A stretch of 62,326 nt of DNA. Source: Alphaproteobacteria bacterium (GTDB taxonomy: Bacteria; Pseudomonadota; Alphaproteobacteria; Rhodobacterales; Rhodobacteraceae). Below the pieces are notes generated by a model. That model worked only from the letters and a program-made list of their open reading frames with translations, was not told where the DNA came from and did no database searches. Where the stretch lies: assembly GCA_030428915.1 (NCBI GenBank), contig JAUIDM010000001.1:1-62326 (forward strand), read 5' to 3'. Positions 35,269 through 44,926 of this stretch are shown in pieces. Position numbers and translations under genes: made by a program. How positions within the stretch are numbered: position 1 is the stretch's first letter; each line of letters starts with the position of its first letter.

Positions 35269-35771
35269 TCCCCCATCATCCCGGCCGCCCGCATGCTGAA
35301 GGCGTTCTGCTCCCGCCCGAAGCCGACGATGATGTGATCGTGGACGACGATCTCCATCACCTTGCAGGCCGCGACGATCCTGCCGGTCAACTCGATGTCC
35401 GCCTGGCTCGGCTCAGGATCGCCCGAGGGGTGGTTGTGGCACATGATGATGGCGGAGGCGTCAAGAACCAGAGCCGACCGGAGCACCTCGCTGACATAGA
35501 CCGGAACGTGATCGATGCTGCCCCGGGTCATGACCCTGTCGCGGATCAGCTTGTTCTTCCGGTCCAGCAGCAGCACCCGAAACACCTCGACCCGTTCGCG
35601 AACGGCACTGAGAGCCAGATAGTCGGTCAGCATGCCCCAGGACTGCAAGGCCTCGGTCGCGCGGGCATGCTTGCGCAGGATTTCCCGCGCGGCGGCGATG
35701 GTCGCAATCTCGGCCGCGGAAAAGCCGGACCCTGGCCGTTCGACGATTTCTTGGGGGTCATGTACGGTCAT
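35265..35771 (-). CDS. radC: RadC/JAB domain protein
   Basis: EVFRVLLLD, HNHPSGDPEPSQAD, DHIIVG. Confidence 0.92.
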   Translation of the reverse strand: MTVHDPQEIVERPGSGFSAAEIATIAAAREILRKHARATEALQSWGMLTDYLALSAVRERVEVFRVLLLDRKNKLIRDRVMTRGSIDHVPVYVSEVLRSALVLDASAIIMCHNHPSGDPEPSQADIELTGRIVAACKVMEIVVHDHIIVGFGREQNAFSMRAAGMMGD

Positions 35772-36520
35772 GCGGCATCCAATCGGTTGAGGGTTTCGCG
35801 AAGACTCGTCCCATCGGGACGCAGGCTGTGGCCGATCTCGTCTTCGAGAGCTATGTAGGCGGAAAGTAGGTCCGGTCGCAGCCGCGCGGCGCATTGCAGA
35901 TCGGCGAGCGAGGACATGATGCAGAAGCTGCAGGACAGACGGGACATGCCGCGGCCATAGGCCCAATGCGGCTCCTGCCCTGCCGCGGCGATGGTGTCGA
36001 ATACCTCCCGCCGGGACAGCTCATGGATTGGCAGCCAGTCGATCCATGTTCGGCCCGCCACGCTGTTGCGGTTGTTCAGCTTGACGACGGGACGGCACCG
36101 ACGCGCGGCGTTCTCTTCGGCGCGCATCCCCATCGCACTGACGATGCGTCCGACGAACCGGGGATTGGCCGCGAGATAGCGGCGCAGCTCGCGCTCGATC
36201 GGCCCCCGTTTCTGGTCGGATGTGCATTGGCAATGTCGCGGGGAGGGGAACATGCCCCGAGCCCGGACCATCTCGAAGAACGACCGGCGGGGTCTTGCGA
36301 TCACCAGCGGCAGCCCGAACGTGGTCTTCCGGATATGGCAGATCGTTCCCGGCCATTCCACGTCGCCGAGGGTGGCATGGACGATGAGGAGCTGGTCGCG
36401 CGGGATTCCGGCCTCGACCAGCCTGATCGTCATCGCCTGGCTGTCCTTGCCGCCGGAATGGTTGATCGCCACAAGTCCGCCCCGGTCGATCATGTCGGTG
36501 ATGTCAACCGGAATGCGCAT
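35768..36520 (-). CDS. PAPS-reductase-family (PP-loop, Fe-S) protein
   Basis: SGGKDS, CT..KRGPI, GMRAEE..AR, HWAY..GMSRLSCSFC. Confidence 0.9.
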   Translation of the reverse strand: MRIPVDITDMIDRGGLVAINHSGGKDSQAMTIRLVEAGIPRDQLLIVHATLGDVEWPGTICHIRKTTFGLPLVIARPRRSFFEMVRARGMFPSPRHCQCTSDQKRGPIERELRRYLAANPRFVGRIVSAMGMRAEENAARRCRPVVKLNNRNSVAGRTWIDWLPIHELSRREVFDTIAAAGQEPHWAYGRGMSRLSCSFCIMSSLADLQCAARLRPDLLSAYIALEDEIGHSLRPDGTSLRETLNRLDAA

Positions 36521-36887
36521 CGGAACCTCCGAACATGGCGGTCCAGTTGTCCCCGGCGGGCATCTGGTCTTGGCGTTTCAGGACGGCGAGACGGTTCATC
36601 AGATCCATGATGACCGGCGTCGTCGGGTGGTCAGCGCGATGGCCTCTCTGCGGCCGGGCGAGGCTGGGATGTCCGTATTTGAGGAGGTGAAGCGCCGTCT
36701 CGAGCGATGGGACATGCGTCTCGCTGTCGATGAGGTCGCGGGGCAGAGCCGCCGCATGGGCGGCGTAGGCCCGGTTGCGCGCCGCACCGGGCTGGCGCCC
36801 GTCGATCCGGCAGGCCGCATCGACCCATTCTGAGACGTCGGACTAGGTAAGCCGCGTGCCGGGCGTGGTGTATCTATAATGTGTCAT
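36504..36887 (-). pseudogene. Hypothetical gene interrupted by in-frame TAG at codon 15
   Basis: GGAGG RBS, then MTHYRYTTPGTRLT*SDVSEWVDAA...LETALHLLKYGHP...FGGSDAHSG (128 codons), overlapping the PAPS-reductase start; TAG at 36843-36845. Confidence 0.65.
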
Positions 36888-36910
36888 GGAAAGCCCTCCG
36901 TCTTCGGCGC

Positions 36911-37141
36911 TCAGATCATCCCGGCGATGATGAGGCCGGATTTCATAGAGGGGCGGCCGCAGGCCTCGCAAAAGCCGGCGCGCTGATCCGGCTCGAGATC
37001 GGCGGTGTGATCGCAATCGGGCGCCATGCAGATCGCGGGCACGACGCTGCCCTGCGCGTGGTCTTCCAGGAAATCCGCGACCTCGGTGTAACCTTCGGTC
37101 TCGGCGAGCGTGACCAGTTTGGGATGGGAGAGATTGAACAT
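36911..37141 (-). CDS. Small Zn-ribbon protein
   Basis: CMAPDC...EPDQ..GFCEAC. Confidence 0.8.
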   Translation of the reverse strand: MFNLSHPKLVTLAETEGYTEVADFLEDHAQGSVVPAICMAPDCDHTADLEPDQRAGFCEACGRPSMKSGLIIAGMI

Positions 37142-37359
37142 GGCTGTCGTCCTTCTGATGGGGTGAAACGAGAAGAGGGGAGCCGCACTGCCGCGGCTCC
37201 CCTCACGGGACCTGCCTCTTGCGGGCAGGGGACACGGGCCGGTCGGAGACATGCCGGCACCGCCCCGTCAGGCCTGGTTCTTGGGAGAAGGATCAGACCT
37301 ACATGGCCGAAAGGCGCCCCGGTTGCCCGGGACGCCAGCTCGGCGGAAATCGTTGCCCG

Positions 37360-38088
37360 TCAGCCCACCAGCGCGAGGCCGGTGTTGTCCGCCCGCTCCT
37401 GACCGGCGCTCTCGACGAAGGGAATGATCGAGAAGGTCTGGCCGCCACGCTGCTCCTCGTTCTGCACGGCGTTCACCCGCAGATCGCCATCGGGCGTGTT
37501 GATGAGGAGCGAGACGTAGTCGTTTCCGGTCCGGTTGCTCTTCGCCATCCAGGCCGAGCCCACGCGGATCGGGTGGCGGCGCGGCGAGCTGACCTCGATG
37601 CGGTAGTCGGGATGGGTGCCTTCCGTCTTGAACTCGTTCTCGATCAGCATGAAGTCGAGATCGAACATCATGTTGGCGATGTAGCCGGTGAAGGCGTTGT
37701 CGGCATCCATCGCCGTCAGCTCGCCCGAGATCGAGCCGGACTTCATGGTGCCGGTCGAGACCAGCGGGATGATCTCGAATTCGCCCGTCATCGCCTCACG
37801 GGCTTCTTTGGTTTGCACCGCATTGACGCGGAAGGGCCCAAGGCCGACATCGATCTGCATCGAGATGTAGGGATTGCCGGTGGTATTGCCGGTCTCGCTC
37901 CAGGCCGTGCCGATGCGCACCTTCCGGCCCGACTTGTTCACCGCCGTCACGTCGTAGTCCGGGCTCCGCTCGGACATCTTCGTCCGGGTCTCGAGTTGAA
38001 TGGCGATGTCGAAACGGGTCGAGTGGATCATGCCGGAATAGGCGGCGGCTGCGGTCTCGGCGTTTTTGGTCAGAGTTCCTGCGAACAT
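37360..38088 (-). CDS. Tandem DUF736-domain protein
   Basis: Two repeats of PDY...IG.AW...GN.Y.S; GGAG RBS. Confidence 0.85.
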   Translation of the reverse strand: MFAGTLTKNAETAAAAYSGMIHSTRFDIAIQLETRTKMSERSPDYDVTAVNKSGRKVRIGTAWSETGNTTGNPYISMQIDVGLGPFRVNAVQTKEAREAMTGEFEIIPLVSTGTMKSGSISGELTAMDADNAFTGYIANMMFDLDFMLIENEFKTEGTHPDYRIEVSSPRRHPIRVGSAWMAKSNRTGNDYVSLLINTPDGDLRVNAVQNEEQRGGQTFSIIPFVESAGQERADNTGLALVG

Positions 38089-38205
38089 GGGTCTTCTCCT
38101 TGGATTTGCCGCTGCCCGGCTTCCTGCCAGGACACGCGGGATTGCTTTTCGACCCCTCATGGGATCGCAAAACCAAAAAGCCATCTCTCCCTTCTCTCCT
38201 GCCCG

Positions 38206-38484
38206 TCAGCCCGGCCCGGCGCTGGACGAGGTGTCCGACATCGCCCCGCGCACCACCCTCCCCTGCGCTGCCACAGCACCATGGGCCGGCTCAGATATGA
38301 AGAAGTCGGCCTCGGACCCGTTCAGCTGTCGGCCGCTCCGGTCGGTCAGACCGATGGTGCTGCCGTTCGGCATGAAAGTAATGAGGTACTGGCCGAGGCC
38401 ATCCCGGTGCACCCGGTAGCCCTCGTTCGCCCAGTGGACGGGCTTGCCCGCATCCACGGCGGCCTTGATCTCCGCGATGTTCAT
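38206..38484 (-). CDS. Hypothetical protein
   Basis: MNIAEIKAAVDAGKPVHWANEGY...IGLT; GGAG RBS. Confidence 0.8.
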   Translation of the reverse strand: MNIAEIKAAVDAGKPVHWANEGYRVHRDGLGQYLITFMPNGSTIGLTDRSGRQLNGSEADFFISEPAHGAVAAQGRVVRGAMSDTSSSAGPG

Positions 38485-38520
38485 CTGGATCTCCGTTTCA
38501 GTGTTGGCGCTAGAAACAAG

Positions 38521-38548
38521 AGAGGCCCGATCAGATGATCAGGCCTCT
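38521..38548. terminator. Hairpin after the DUF5983-like gene
   Basis: AGAGGCCCGATCA-GA-TGATCAGGCCTCT. Confidence 0.5.
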
Positions 38549-38565
38549 GTGCAATCGCATCCGGG

Positions 38566-38844
38566 TTACCAGTCAAAGACCGTGAGATAGGGGACGGGTG
38601 GGACATCCCGATCGAAGAGGACGTAGTCGCACCCGGCATCCATCACTACGGCCATGACCGCCTTGAAAGCACCGCAGTCGACCGATTCCGGCAGGTCGGC
38701 GAGAGTTTCGGAGACGGAGAACAGCCAGCCATAGTCGCTCTGCATGGTTGGCAATTTGGCGAAGACGCCATTGTCGATGGCCCGGCCGGTTTGCTCGGGC
38801 AGATGTGCGGTGCTGCAATCGTAGAACCTGCGGACATTGAGCAT
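38566..38844 (-). CDS. DUF5983-like protein
   Basis: DCSTAHL...YGW...GCDYVLFDRD. Confidence 0.75.
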   Translation of the reverse strand: MLNVRRFYDCSTAHLPEQTGRAIDNGVFAKLPTMQSDYGWLFSVSETLADLPESVDCGAFKAVMAVVMDAGCDYVLFDRDVPPVPYLTVFDW

Positions 38845-38846
38845 GA

Positions 38847-39284
38847 TCAACCCCTCCCTTCCATCCAGTCCTTGAGGCCAAGGATCGTCCTGCCCGCTGC
38901 CACCTCTGCCATCCATGCGAGTTTCGGGTCGCCGATGTCGCCGGGCGGATCAAAGTCGATCCGGCCATTGGCCATCCATGGCTCGGGCTGGATGCGGATG
39001 AGCCAGTCGGCAAGCGAGGGTATGCGGCCCTGGCAATCCTCACGGACATGCTGCTCGCCGATCCAGCGGGTCGGAATGACCCGGCCCGCGCTATTGACGA
39101 TCGACCTGCCGAACTGGAGTTCCAGTTCGAAGATTCCGAGCGTGTTGTGCCTGTAAGCACGGTGGACGAAGAGCGCGAGGTGTTCCTTGGAGACGTCGAA
39201 GAACTCGTGCAGCGCCTGATAGTCCGAAGGTTTGCCGCCGTATTTCCGGGCCGAGCTTTCGGCATGATGCAGGGGATGGGCCAT
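38847..39284 (-). CDS. DUF6915-like His-rich protein
   Basis: MAHPLHHAESSARKYGG..DY..LH..FD.SK...HRA.RH...GEQHV.ED. Confidence 0.8.
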   Translation of the reverse strand: MAHPLHHAESSARKYGGKPSDYQALHEFFDVSKEHLALFVHRAYRHNTLGIFELELQFGRSIVNSAGRVIPTRWIGEQHVREDCQGRIPSLADWLIRIQPEPWMANGRIDFDPPGDIGDPKLAWMAEVAAGRTILGLKDWMEGRG

Positions 39285-39285
39285 G

Positions 39286-39672
39286 TCAGAGCCCCTCGTC
39301 AAAGCTGTGGGAACACTCGACGTAGCGGTCGGCGTGATCGAGCGTGATGCTGTCGGCGGTGACATCCCAGGTCAGCGTGCCATAGCCGCCCTCGTTATTC
39401 TCGAAGCCCGGATGCTGGTGATAGGCGACGGACCACGCGAAATCCCCGACTTTCGTATTGAGCTCGTCGGAAAGCTCGACGCCCGCAGGCTGCACCGTCA
39501 CGTCTTCGATATTGCCGGAATCGCCGTAACCCTCGTATTCGGCGACCACCTCGGTAACGCCAAGGGCACGCAATTGCGGGAGCAACTCGCTCCGGGCGGC
39601 CTTGTTGACGGCTTCGCGTTCGGCCTGCCACTTTGCCATCGTTTCGGCGAAGTTGATCTGGGGATCGGTCAT
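39286..39672 (-). CDS. DUF6878-like acidic protein
   Basis: YEGYGDSGNIE, GFENNEGGYG. Confidence 0.8.
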   Translation of the reverse strand: MTDPQINFAETMAKWQAEREAVNKAARSELLPQLRALGVTEVVAEYEGYGDSGNIEDVTVQPAGVELSDELNTKVGDFAWSVAYHQHPGFENNEGGYGTLTWDVTADSITLDHADRYVECSHSFDEGL

Positions 39673-39799
39673 GGGTCTGGTCCTTGTGCCTGAGATTGGG
39701 GGAGAAACGCCGGGGAGTCCGGAGACCCGCCACGGCGCCAGAACGCGGACGGGCACAACCCCTTCCGCGTTCCCCCCGACCCTAGGCCCACTTTTCCTT

Positions 39800-42700
39800 T
39801 CAGGCCGCCCGATCTGCCGCCTTCTGAACCCCATCCCCCACGATCCTGCCCAGTATGGCGGCGGTATCGACGCCCTCCCCGTGCGGCACAAAGACCCGGA
39901 GCTGGAAGGCGATGATTTCCGTGAAGCACCCCAAAGCTTTCAACCCGTCGATCGTGCCCCTGTCGGCCCCGTCGATCTCGAGCCGTGCCTCGCCCGCGAC
40001 GCGGCGGCGCGTGAGCGTGAGACCCCGGCCCAGATCGACCGGTGCCGTGGACCCGAGCACGGCCGTCAGCATCTCCTGCGGGGTTTTCGGTGTGCCGACC
40101 ATGAACCGCGCACGCAGGGCCGCGGCACCATCCTCGCTGACGGTCCGGCCGATCATGCTCCCCTGCCCCTCGGGCGTGACCCGGTAGATGCGTTCGTTGC
40201 CCGAGGGGATGTCTTTCCAGATCGGCAGCAGCAGCCCGGTCAGCAGGAAAAGCTTTGTCGTGGTCACCTTCGGCAGGCTGTCGGCCTCCTCGTCCCAAAG
40301 GCGCAGGAATTCAGGATGCTTGATCTCTTCCCAGGCAGAGTTTCCGAACTTCGCCTCTTCCACGTATGTGGACCCGGTCGGCCGCGTCACCTTGCGCATG
40401 AGCGTGACGACCTCTTCATCATACATCTGCATCGGACGCGACGAGATCAGCGCCGCGCGACCCGACGCGCGGTTGATCATCGGTAGCTTTTCGGGGTTCC
40501 GATCCAAAGCTTCTTCTGCAGAGAGAACATGCACGGGGTCCGTCACTTCGAGGCCGATGATGCGTGTCACCGCCCCGGAGCGCGGACAGGTCCAGAGGTC
40601 CTCCGCCGAGACCTGCTCGATCCTCTCGCCGCGAAGCGTCTCGACCCCGAGATCGAGCGTGCCGGCGGCGCGTGCGCGTTCCGTCTGATCGGCGATCCGG
40701 CTCATGAACTCGGCGAAGAGCGCATTCTGCATGTGGATCGGCAGCGCCAGCACCCGGTTGAGAAAGCGCTGGATCGGCGGCAGCTCTTCCAGCAGCACGC
40801 CGTCCTGGTCGATCAGCCGCAGGGCGGTCCAGTCCGTGAACCGGTCGTAGCTCATCGCCCCGGCGCGCCCGGCGGCCAGATCGGCATAGTAACCGCGGAG
40901 CGCCGCCCTTGCGATCGGGCTTTCGAGGTTGTCCTCCTCGCGGAACATGCCCTGGGAGCCGGTCTCGCGCTGGCCCTTGGTAAGCGCCCCCAGCTGATCG
41001 AGCCGCCGGGCGATGGTCGAAGTGAAGCGCTTCTCGCCATGCACGTCCGAGGTGCAGACCCGGAAGAAAGGCGCTGACACTTGAGCCGAGCGATGCGTTC
41101 GGCCGAGCCCCTGGATCGCCGCATCGGCGCGCCAGCCGGGCTCCAGCAGATAGTGTCGCCGCCGTTTCTGGTTCCTCGCGGTCTGGGCGGCGTGATAGGA
41201 ACGGCCCGTCCCGCCGGCATCTGAGAAGATCAGGATATCCTTCTCTCCCGCCATGAATGCAGTCACCTCGGATGAATTGCTGCTGGCGGACCGCTTCTCG
41301 ATGAAGAGCGCACCGTCTTGGGATTTCAGCGGGCGGATCCCTCGCCCGGTCACCTCGGCGACGGCCTCATCGCCAAAGGCCCAAAGGATCTGGTCGAGCG
41401 CCGAGGGGATCGGCGCAAGGACCATCAGCTCCATCATCGCCGCATCGCGCAAGGCTTCGGCCTCGCGCGACACGACCAGTGCGCCGTTCGCATCCCGCAG
41501 TGGTTCGGCGACGACATTGCCGTCGATTTCCACGAGTTTCTGCGCATGGATCGGGAAGGCCTGTTCGAGGTAGGTCAGAACATAGTCCCGAGGTGTGAGG
41601 GCACCCTCGGTCAGCTCGTCCTCGGGGTCCATCGCGTCCAACCGACGTTTCAGCAGGCTCTCGCCGGTGGAAACCACCTGGATGACGCAGGCAAATCCGT
41701 CCTTCAGATCCTCTTCGATGGCGCGAATGACCGTCGGCGCTTTCATCCCCAGAAGCAGGTGGTTGAAGAAGCGTTGTTTGGTGCTCTCAAACCGAGACTT
41801 GGCCGAGGCTTTCGCGGCGGAGGCGTTGGTCTGGCCGGAGGCATCGTTGACGCCGGTCGCGGTGAGCGCCGCCTCGAGATTGTGATGAATCGTCCGGAAA
41901 GCGAGGCTATAGGCGTCGTAGATCTCGATCTGGGCCGGTGTGAGCGCGTGTTCGAGCACGTCATATTCCACCCCATCGAAGCTGAGCGCCCGCGCCGTGT
42001 AGAAGCCGAGGGTCTTCAGATCGCGGGCCACCACTTCCATCGCCGCCACCCCGCCGGCCTCCATCGCCGAGACAAAGCTTTCGCGGCTCGGGAAAGGGTA
42101 TTCCGGCCCCTGGCCCCAGAGCCCGAGGCGGGAGGCATAAGCGAGATTGTGAACGCTGGTGGCGCCGGTCGCCGAGACATAGAAGACCCGCGCCCGAGGG
42201 GCGGCGAGCTGCAGGCGCAGCCCGGCGAGGCCCTGCTGGGACGGTTTGATTCCCCTGCCCTCATCGGACCCGGCAGCATTCTGCATGGCATGGGCCTCGT
42301 CGAAGGCCAGCACGCCGTCGAAATCCGTGCCCATCCAGTCGAGGACCTGGGCGAGGCGGGTCGTGCCGCGTTTGCCGACCGAGCGCAGGGTCGCGTACGT
42401 CACGAACAGGATGCCGTCACCCATCGGGATAGGCTGGTCAGGCTTCCATTTGGAGAGCGGCTGGATGTCGGCGGGCGAGCCGCCGAGATCGGTCCAATCG
42501 CGGATCGCGTCCTCGATCAGCGTGGCGGATTTGGAAATCCACACCGCCTTGCGCCGTCCCGCAAGCCAGTTGACCAGGATGAGCCCGGCGCATTCCCGAC
42601 CCTTGCCACACCCCGTCCCGTCGCCGAGGAAATATCCGAGGCGATAGGCCCGTGCTTCCGGATCCTCGTCGCCACGGGTCATTCGGGTCTGGTCGTCGTC

Positions 42701-44059
42701 GATCATGAACCGGCCCGGAAGGTCGCGCGCGTGGGCGTCGTTCGCCATCAGGATGGACTCGAGCTGGGCCTCGGAGAGATGGCCCTCTTCGATCAGGCGG
42801 CCGGGCAGGCGCAGATCGGCGGCGGCTTCGCGCGTGGGCGCCGGAGGGGCGACCGAGGCCATGGCGATGCTCTCGACGAGCGGCGTGGGATGTTCCCGCG
42901 CGCCCGCGATTTCGATTCGCTGCGGGCGATAACGGGCATAGATGTCCGAGACGGGGGTGTTCTCGCGGGGCGTGTCGAGACTGATGAACGCCAGCGGCAC
43001 GGCGGCGTGGGTTGTCGGTTTGGCGGAGGAGGTTGCAGCGACCGGGCGCTTGCGCACGGCGGAAGAGCCGCTCTGCCGTGAGGCGGGCCGGTTCTGCGAA
43101 CTGCCATGGAGAACAGGGGCGACCGGTCGGGTTGCGGCGATGTCATCGATGATTTGCCGCGCCGCCAACAGATCGGCCGCAACCGCGCGGACAATCTCGA
43201 CCTCCTCCTGCACCTTGTCGAAAACCATCAGCTGGGTCTCAACCGAGGTGCCCAGCTTGCGGTAGACATGACCGGGGATCGTGAGAGCGAGACGCGGCTT
43301 TGCGATAGCCGAGGCCCGCGCCCAATGGGCCGCGTCCCGCTCCAGCGAAAATCCCGTCGGCATGATCGCCACGAGACGTCCGCCCGGCGCGAGGCGCTTG
43401 GCGGCCCCGATCAGATGTTTCGCCGCGATATGCCTCTCGCGCGACCGATCGACCGAGGAGGCGAAGGGCGGGTTCATGACAATGACACCCGGAAGGTCGG
43501 GCACCGTCAGCAGGTCGTCGATATGTTCGGCGTCGAAGCCGGTCACCTGCGTATCAAAGATCGCCTCGAGAAGCGCGCGGCGGAACGGGTCGATCTCGTT
43601 GAGCAGCGGCTTGCCGCCCGCGAGAACGGCAAAACCGGCCAGCGCCCCGGTGCCCGCCGAGGGTTCCAGAAAGGTCTCGCCCGGACGGATGGCCGCAGCA
43701 CGTGTGACCAGAGCCGCATAGGGCAACGGCGTCGAAAATTGCTGGAGCCGGATCTGCTGCTCGGAGCGTCGCGTCTCCGTCAGGAGCCGCGTGGCGAGCA
43801 TTTTGGCGGATGCGATGGCGTCCGGATCGCTGCCCTGCAAAAACTGCATCACGGCTGCGGCCTGCATCATGTCGTAGGCCATGCGCCAGTCCCATGCGCC
43901 GCCGGCATCGCTGCCATCGAATGTTTCACGCATGATCCGGGAGAGCGACGAGCTTCTAAGGGGCTGGTCTTCGATCTCCCTGGCGATCTGTGACAGGGCC
44001 GCCCGGAGGCGGGCTTGTGATGGGAAATCGGATCCCTTCTTCGGGCTTTGATCGGTCAT
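39800..44059 (-). CDS. Methyltransferase-strawberry notch (SF2 helicase) fusion
   Basis: QQFSTP, LEPSAGTG, MNPPF; GDGTGCGKGR, FDEAH, SATGA, QGLGRTHRS. Confidence 0.93.
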   Translation of the reverse strand: MTDQSPKKGSDFPSQARLRAALSQIAREIEDQPLRSSSLSRIMRETFDGSDAGGAWDWRMAYDMMQAAAVMQFLQGSDPDAIASAKMLATRLLTETRRSEQQIRLQQFSTPLPYAALVTRAAAIRPGETFLEPSAGTGALAGFAVLAGGKPLLNEIDPFRRALLEAIFDTQVTGFDAEHIDDLLTVPDLPGVIVMNPPFASSVDRSRERHIAAKHLIGAAKRLAPGGRLVAIMPTGFSLERDAAHWARASAIAKPRLALTIPGHVYRKLGTSVETQLMVFDKVQEEVEIVRAVAADLLAARQIIDDIAATRPVAPVLHGSSQNRPASRQSGSSAVRKRPVAATSSAKPTTHAAVPLAFISLDTPRENTPVSDIYARYRPQRIEIAGAREHPTPLVESIAMASVAPPAPTREAAADLRLPGRLIEEGHLSEAQLESILMANDAHARDLPGRFMIDDDQTRMTRGDEDPEARAYRLGYFLGDGTGCGKGRECAGLILVNWLAGRRKAVWISKSATLIEDAIRDWTDLGGSPADIQPLSKWKPDQPIPMGDGILFVTYATLRSVGKRGTTRLAQVLDWMGTDFDGVLAFDEAHAMQNAAGSDEGRGIKPSQQGLAGLRLQLAAPRARVFYVSATGATSVHNLAYASRLGLWGQGPEYPFPSRESFVSAMEAGGVAAMEVVARDLKTLGFYTARALSFDGVEYDVLEHALTPAQIEIYDAYSLAFRTIHHNLEAALTATGVNDASGQTNASAAKASAKSRFESTKQRFFNHLLLGMKAPTVIRAIEEDLKDGFACVIQVVSTGESLLKRRLDAMDPEDELTEGALTPRDYVLTYLEQAFPIHAQKLVEIDGNVVAEPLRDANGALVVSREAEALRDAAMMELMVLAPIPSALDQILWAFGDEAVAEVTGRGIRPLKSQDGALFIEKRSASSNSSEVTAFMAGEKDILIFSDAGGTGRSYHAAQTARNQKRRRHYLLEPGWRADAAIQGLGRTHRSAQVSAPFFRVCTSDVHGEKRFTSTIARRLDQLGALTKGQRETGSQGMFREEDNLESPIARAALRGYYADLAAGRAGAMSYDRFTDWTALRLIDQDGVLLEELPPIQRFLNRVLALPIHMQNALFAEFMSRIADQTERARAAGTLDLGVETLRGERIEQVSAEDLWTCPRSGAVTRIIGLEVTDPVHVLSAEEALDRNPEKLPMINRASGRAALISSRPMQMYDEEVVTLMRKVTRPTGSTYVEEAKFGNSAWEEIKHPEFLRLWDEEADSLPKVTTTKLFLLTGLLLPIWKDIPSGNERIYRVTPEGQGSMIGRTVSEDGAAALRARFMVGTPKTPQEMLTAVLGSTAPVDLGRGLTLTRRRVAGEARLEIDGADRGTIDGLKALGCFTEIIAFQLRVFVPHGEGVDTAAILGRIVGDGVQKAADRAA

Positions 44060-44170
44060 GTCGTCTGTCCTTTGAGTCGGGTTGCGGGTCTGACAGGACA
44101 GAAAGCCGCCTCTGCGCTTTCGGATGCGCGGAGGCGGCCTGAAGCTGGAGAGTTGACGAAGCGGGGACCG

Positions 44171-44827
44171 TCAGGAGCCCTCCCCGGCGAAGAACTCCGC
44201 CAGGACCGGGCTTGCGTCGCCCTTGGCGGAGCTGAGAAGCTCGGACCCGGCAAGCGAGGCCTTCGACAGGCGCACGAGCCCGCCGGTTTCCTCGATGCGG
44301 TAGCATCGGCGCTTTTTTCCTCCGCGCCGGTATTGGGTGGTGGTCACGATCTGGCAGGTGCTGCCATCGCTCAGCGTGACGGGCACGGCCAACTTGATCC
44401 TGTCGCCCTCGTCGTAGTCCGGGATCGCCACCCAGTCCCGGCAGCGCTGGCGCCAGGCATGGGCATAGCTCTCGGGGTCTTTCAGTTCGGACAGCAGGGC
44501 CAGCAGGCCGAGCGGCGCCCGCGACTCCACCGGCCCGGCGCACTCCTCCATATCCTTGTAGCCCCAGCGGCCCTCGTCATAGCGCGTCAGGAAGATGGCG
44601 GCGAAGGTGATCGACCCATCATCGTCGGCCACATAGGTCGCATCCTCGACCGGCGAGCCGTCGAGATTCATGACCTTCGCGGCGGCGTACCATGTCGAGC
44701 CGACCTTGCAGGCTTTGACCAGTTCGGTTTTGCGGGTGTCGCTCTCGAAGGTGCAGAGCCGGGTGACCTCGGCCTTTTCGTCCGAGTAGGTCTGCACGCG
44801 GCGGTTGGTGTAGAAAAGCCAGCCCAT
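44171..44827 (-). CDS. DUF6927-like protein
   Basis: MGWLF...WYAA...WGYKDMEECAGP...AWRQRC. Confidence 0.8.
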   Translation of the reverse strand: MGWLFYTNRRVQTYSDEKAEVTRLCTFESDTRKTELVKACKVGSTWYAAAKVMNLDGSPVEDATYVADDDGSITFAAIFLTRYDEGRWGYKDMEECAGPVESRAPLGLLALLSELKDPESYAHAWRQRCRDWVAIPDYDEGDRIKLAVPVTLSDGSTCQIVTTTQYRRGGKKRRCYRIEETGGLVRLSKASLAGSELLSSAKGDASPVLAEFFAGEGS

Positions 44828-44926
44828 TTCAGGGTCCTTTCTCTCGGAAGGAAATGTGTGTCGCCAATGTCCCGAGAGCGCGAAGCGCGGCAGGGTATTG
44901 GCGATGCTAATTTGAGAAAGGGCGCG

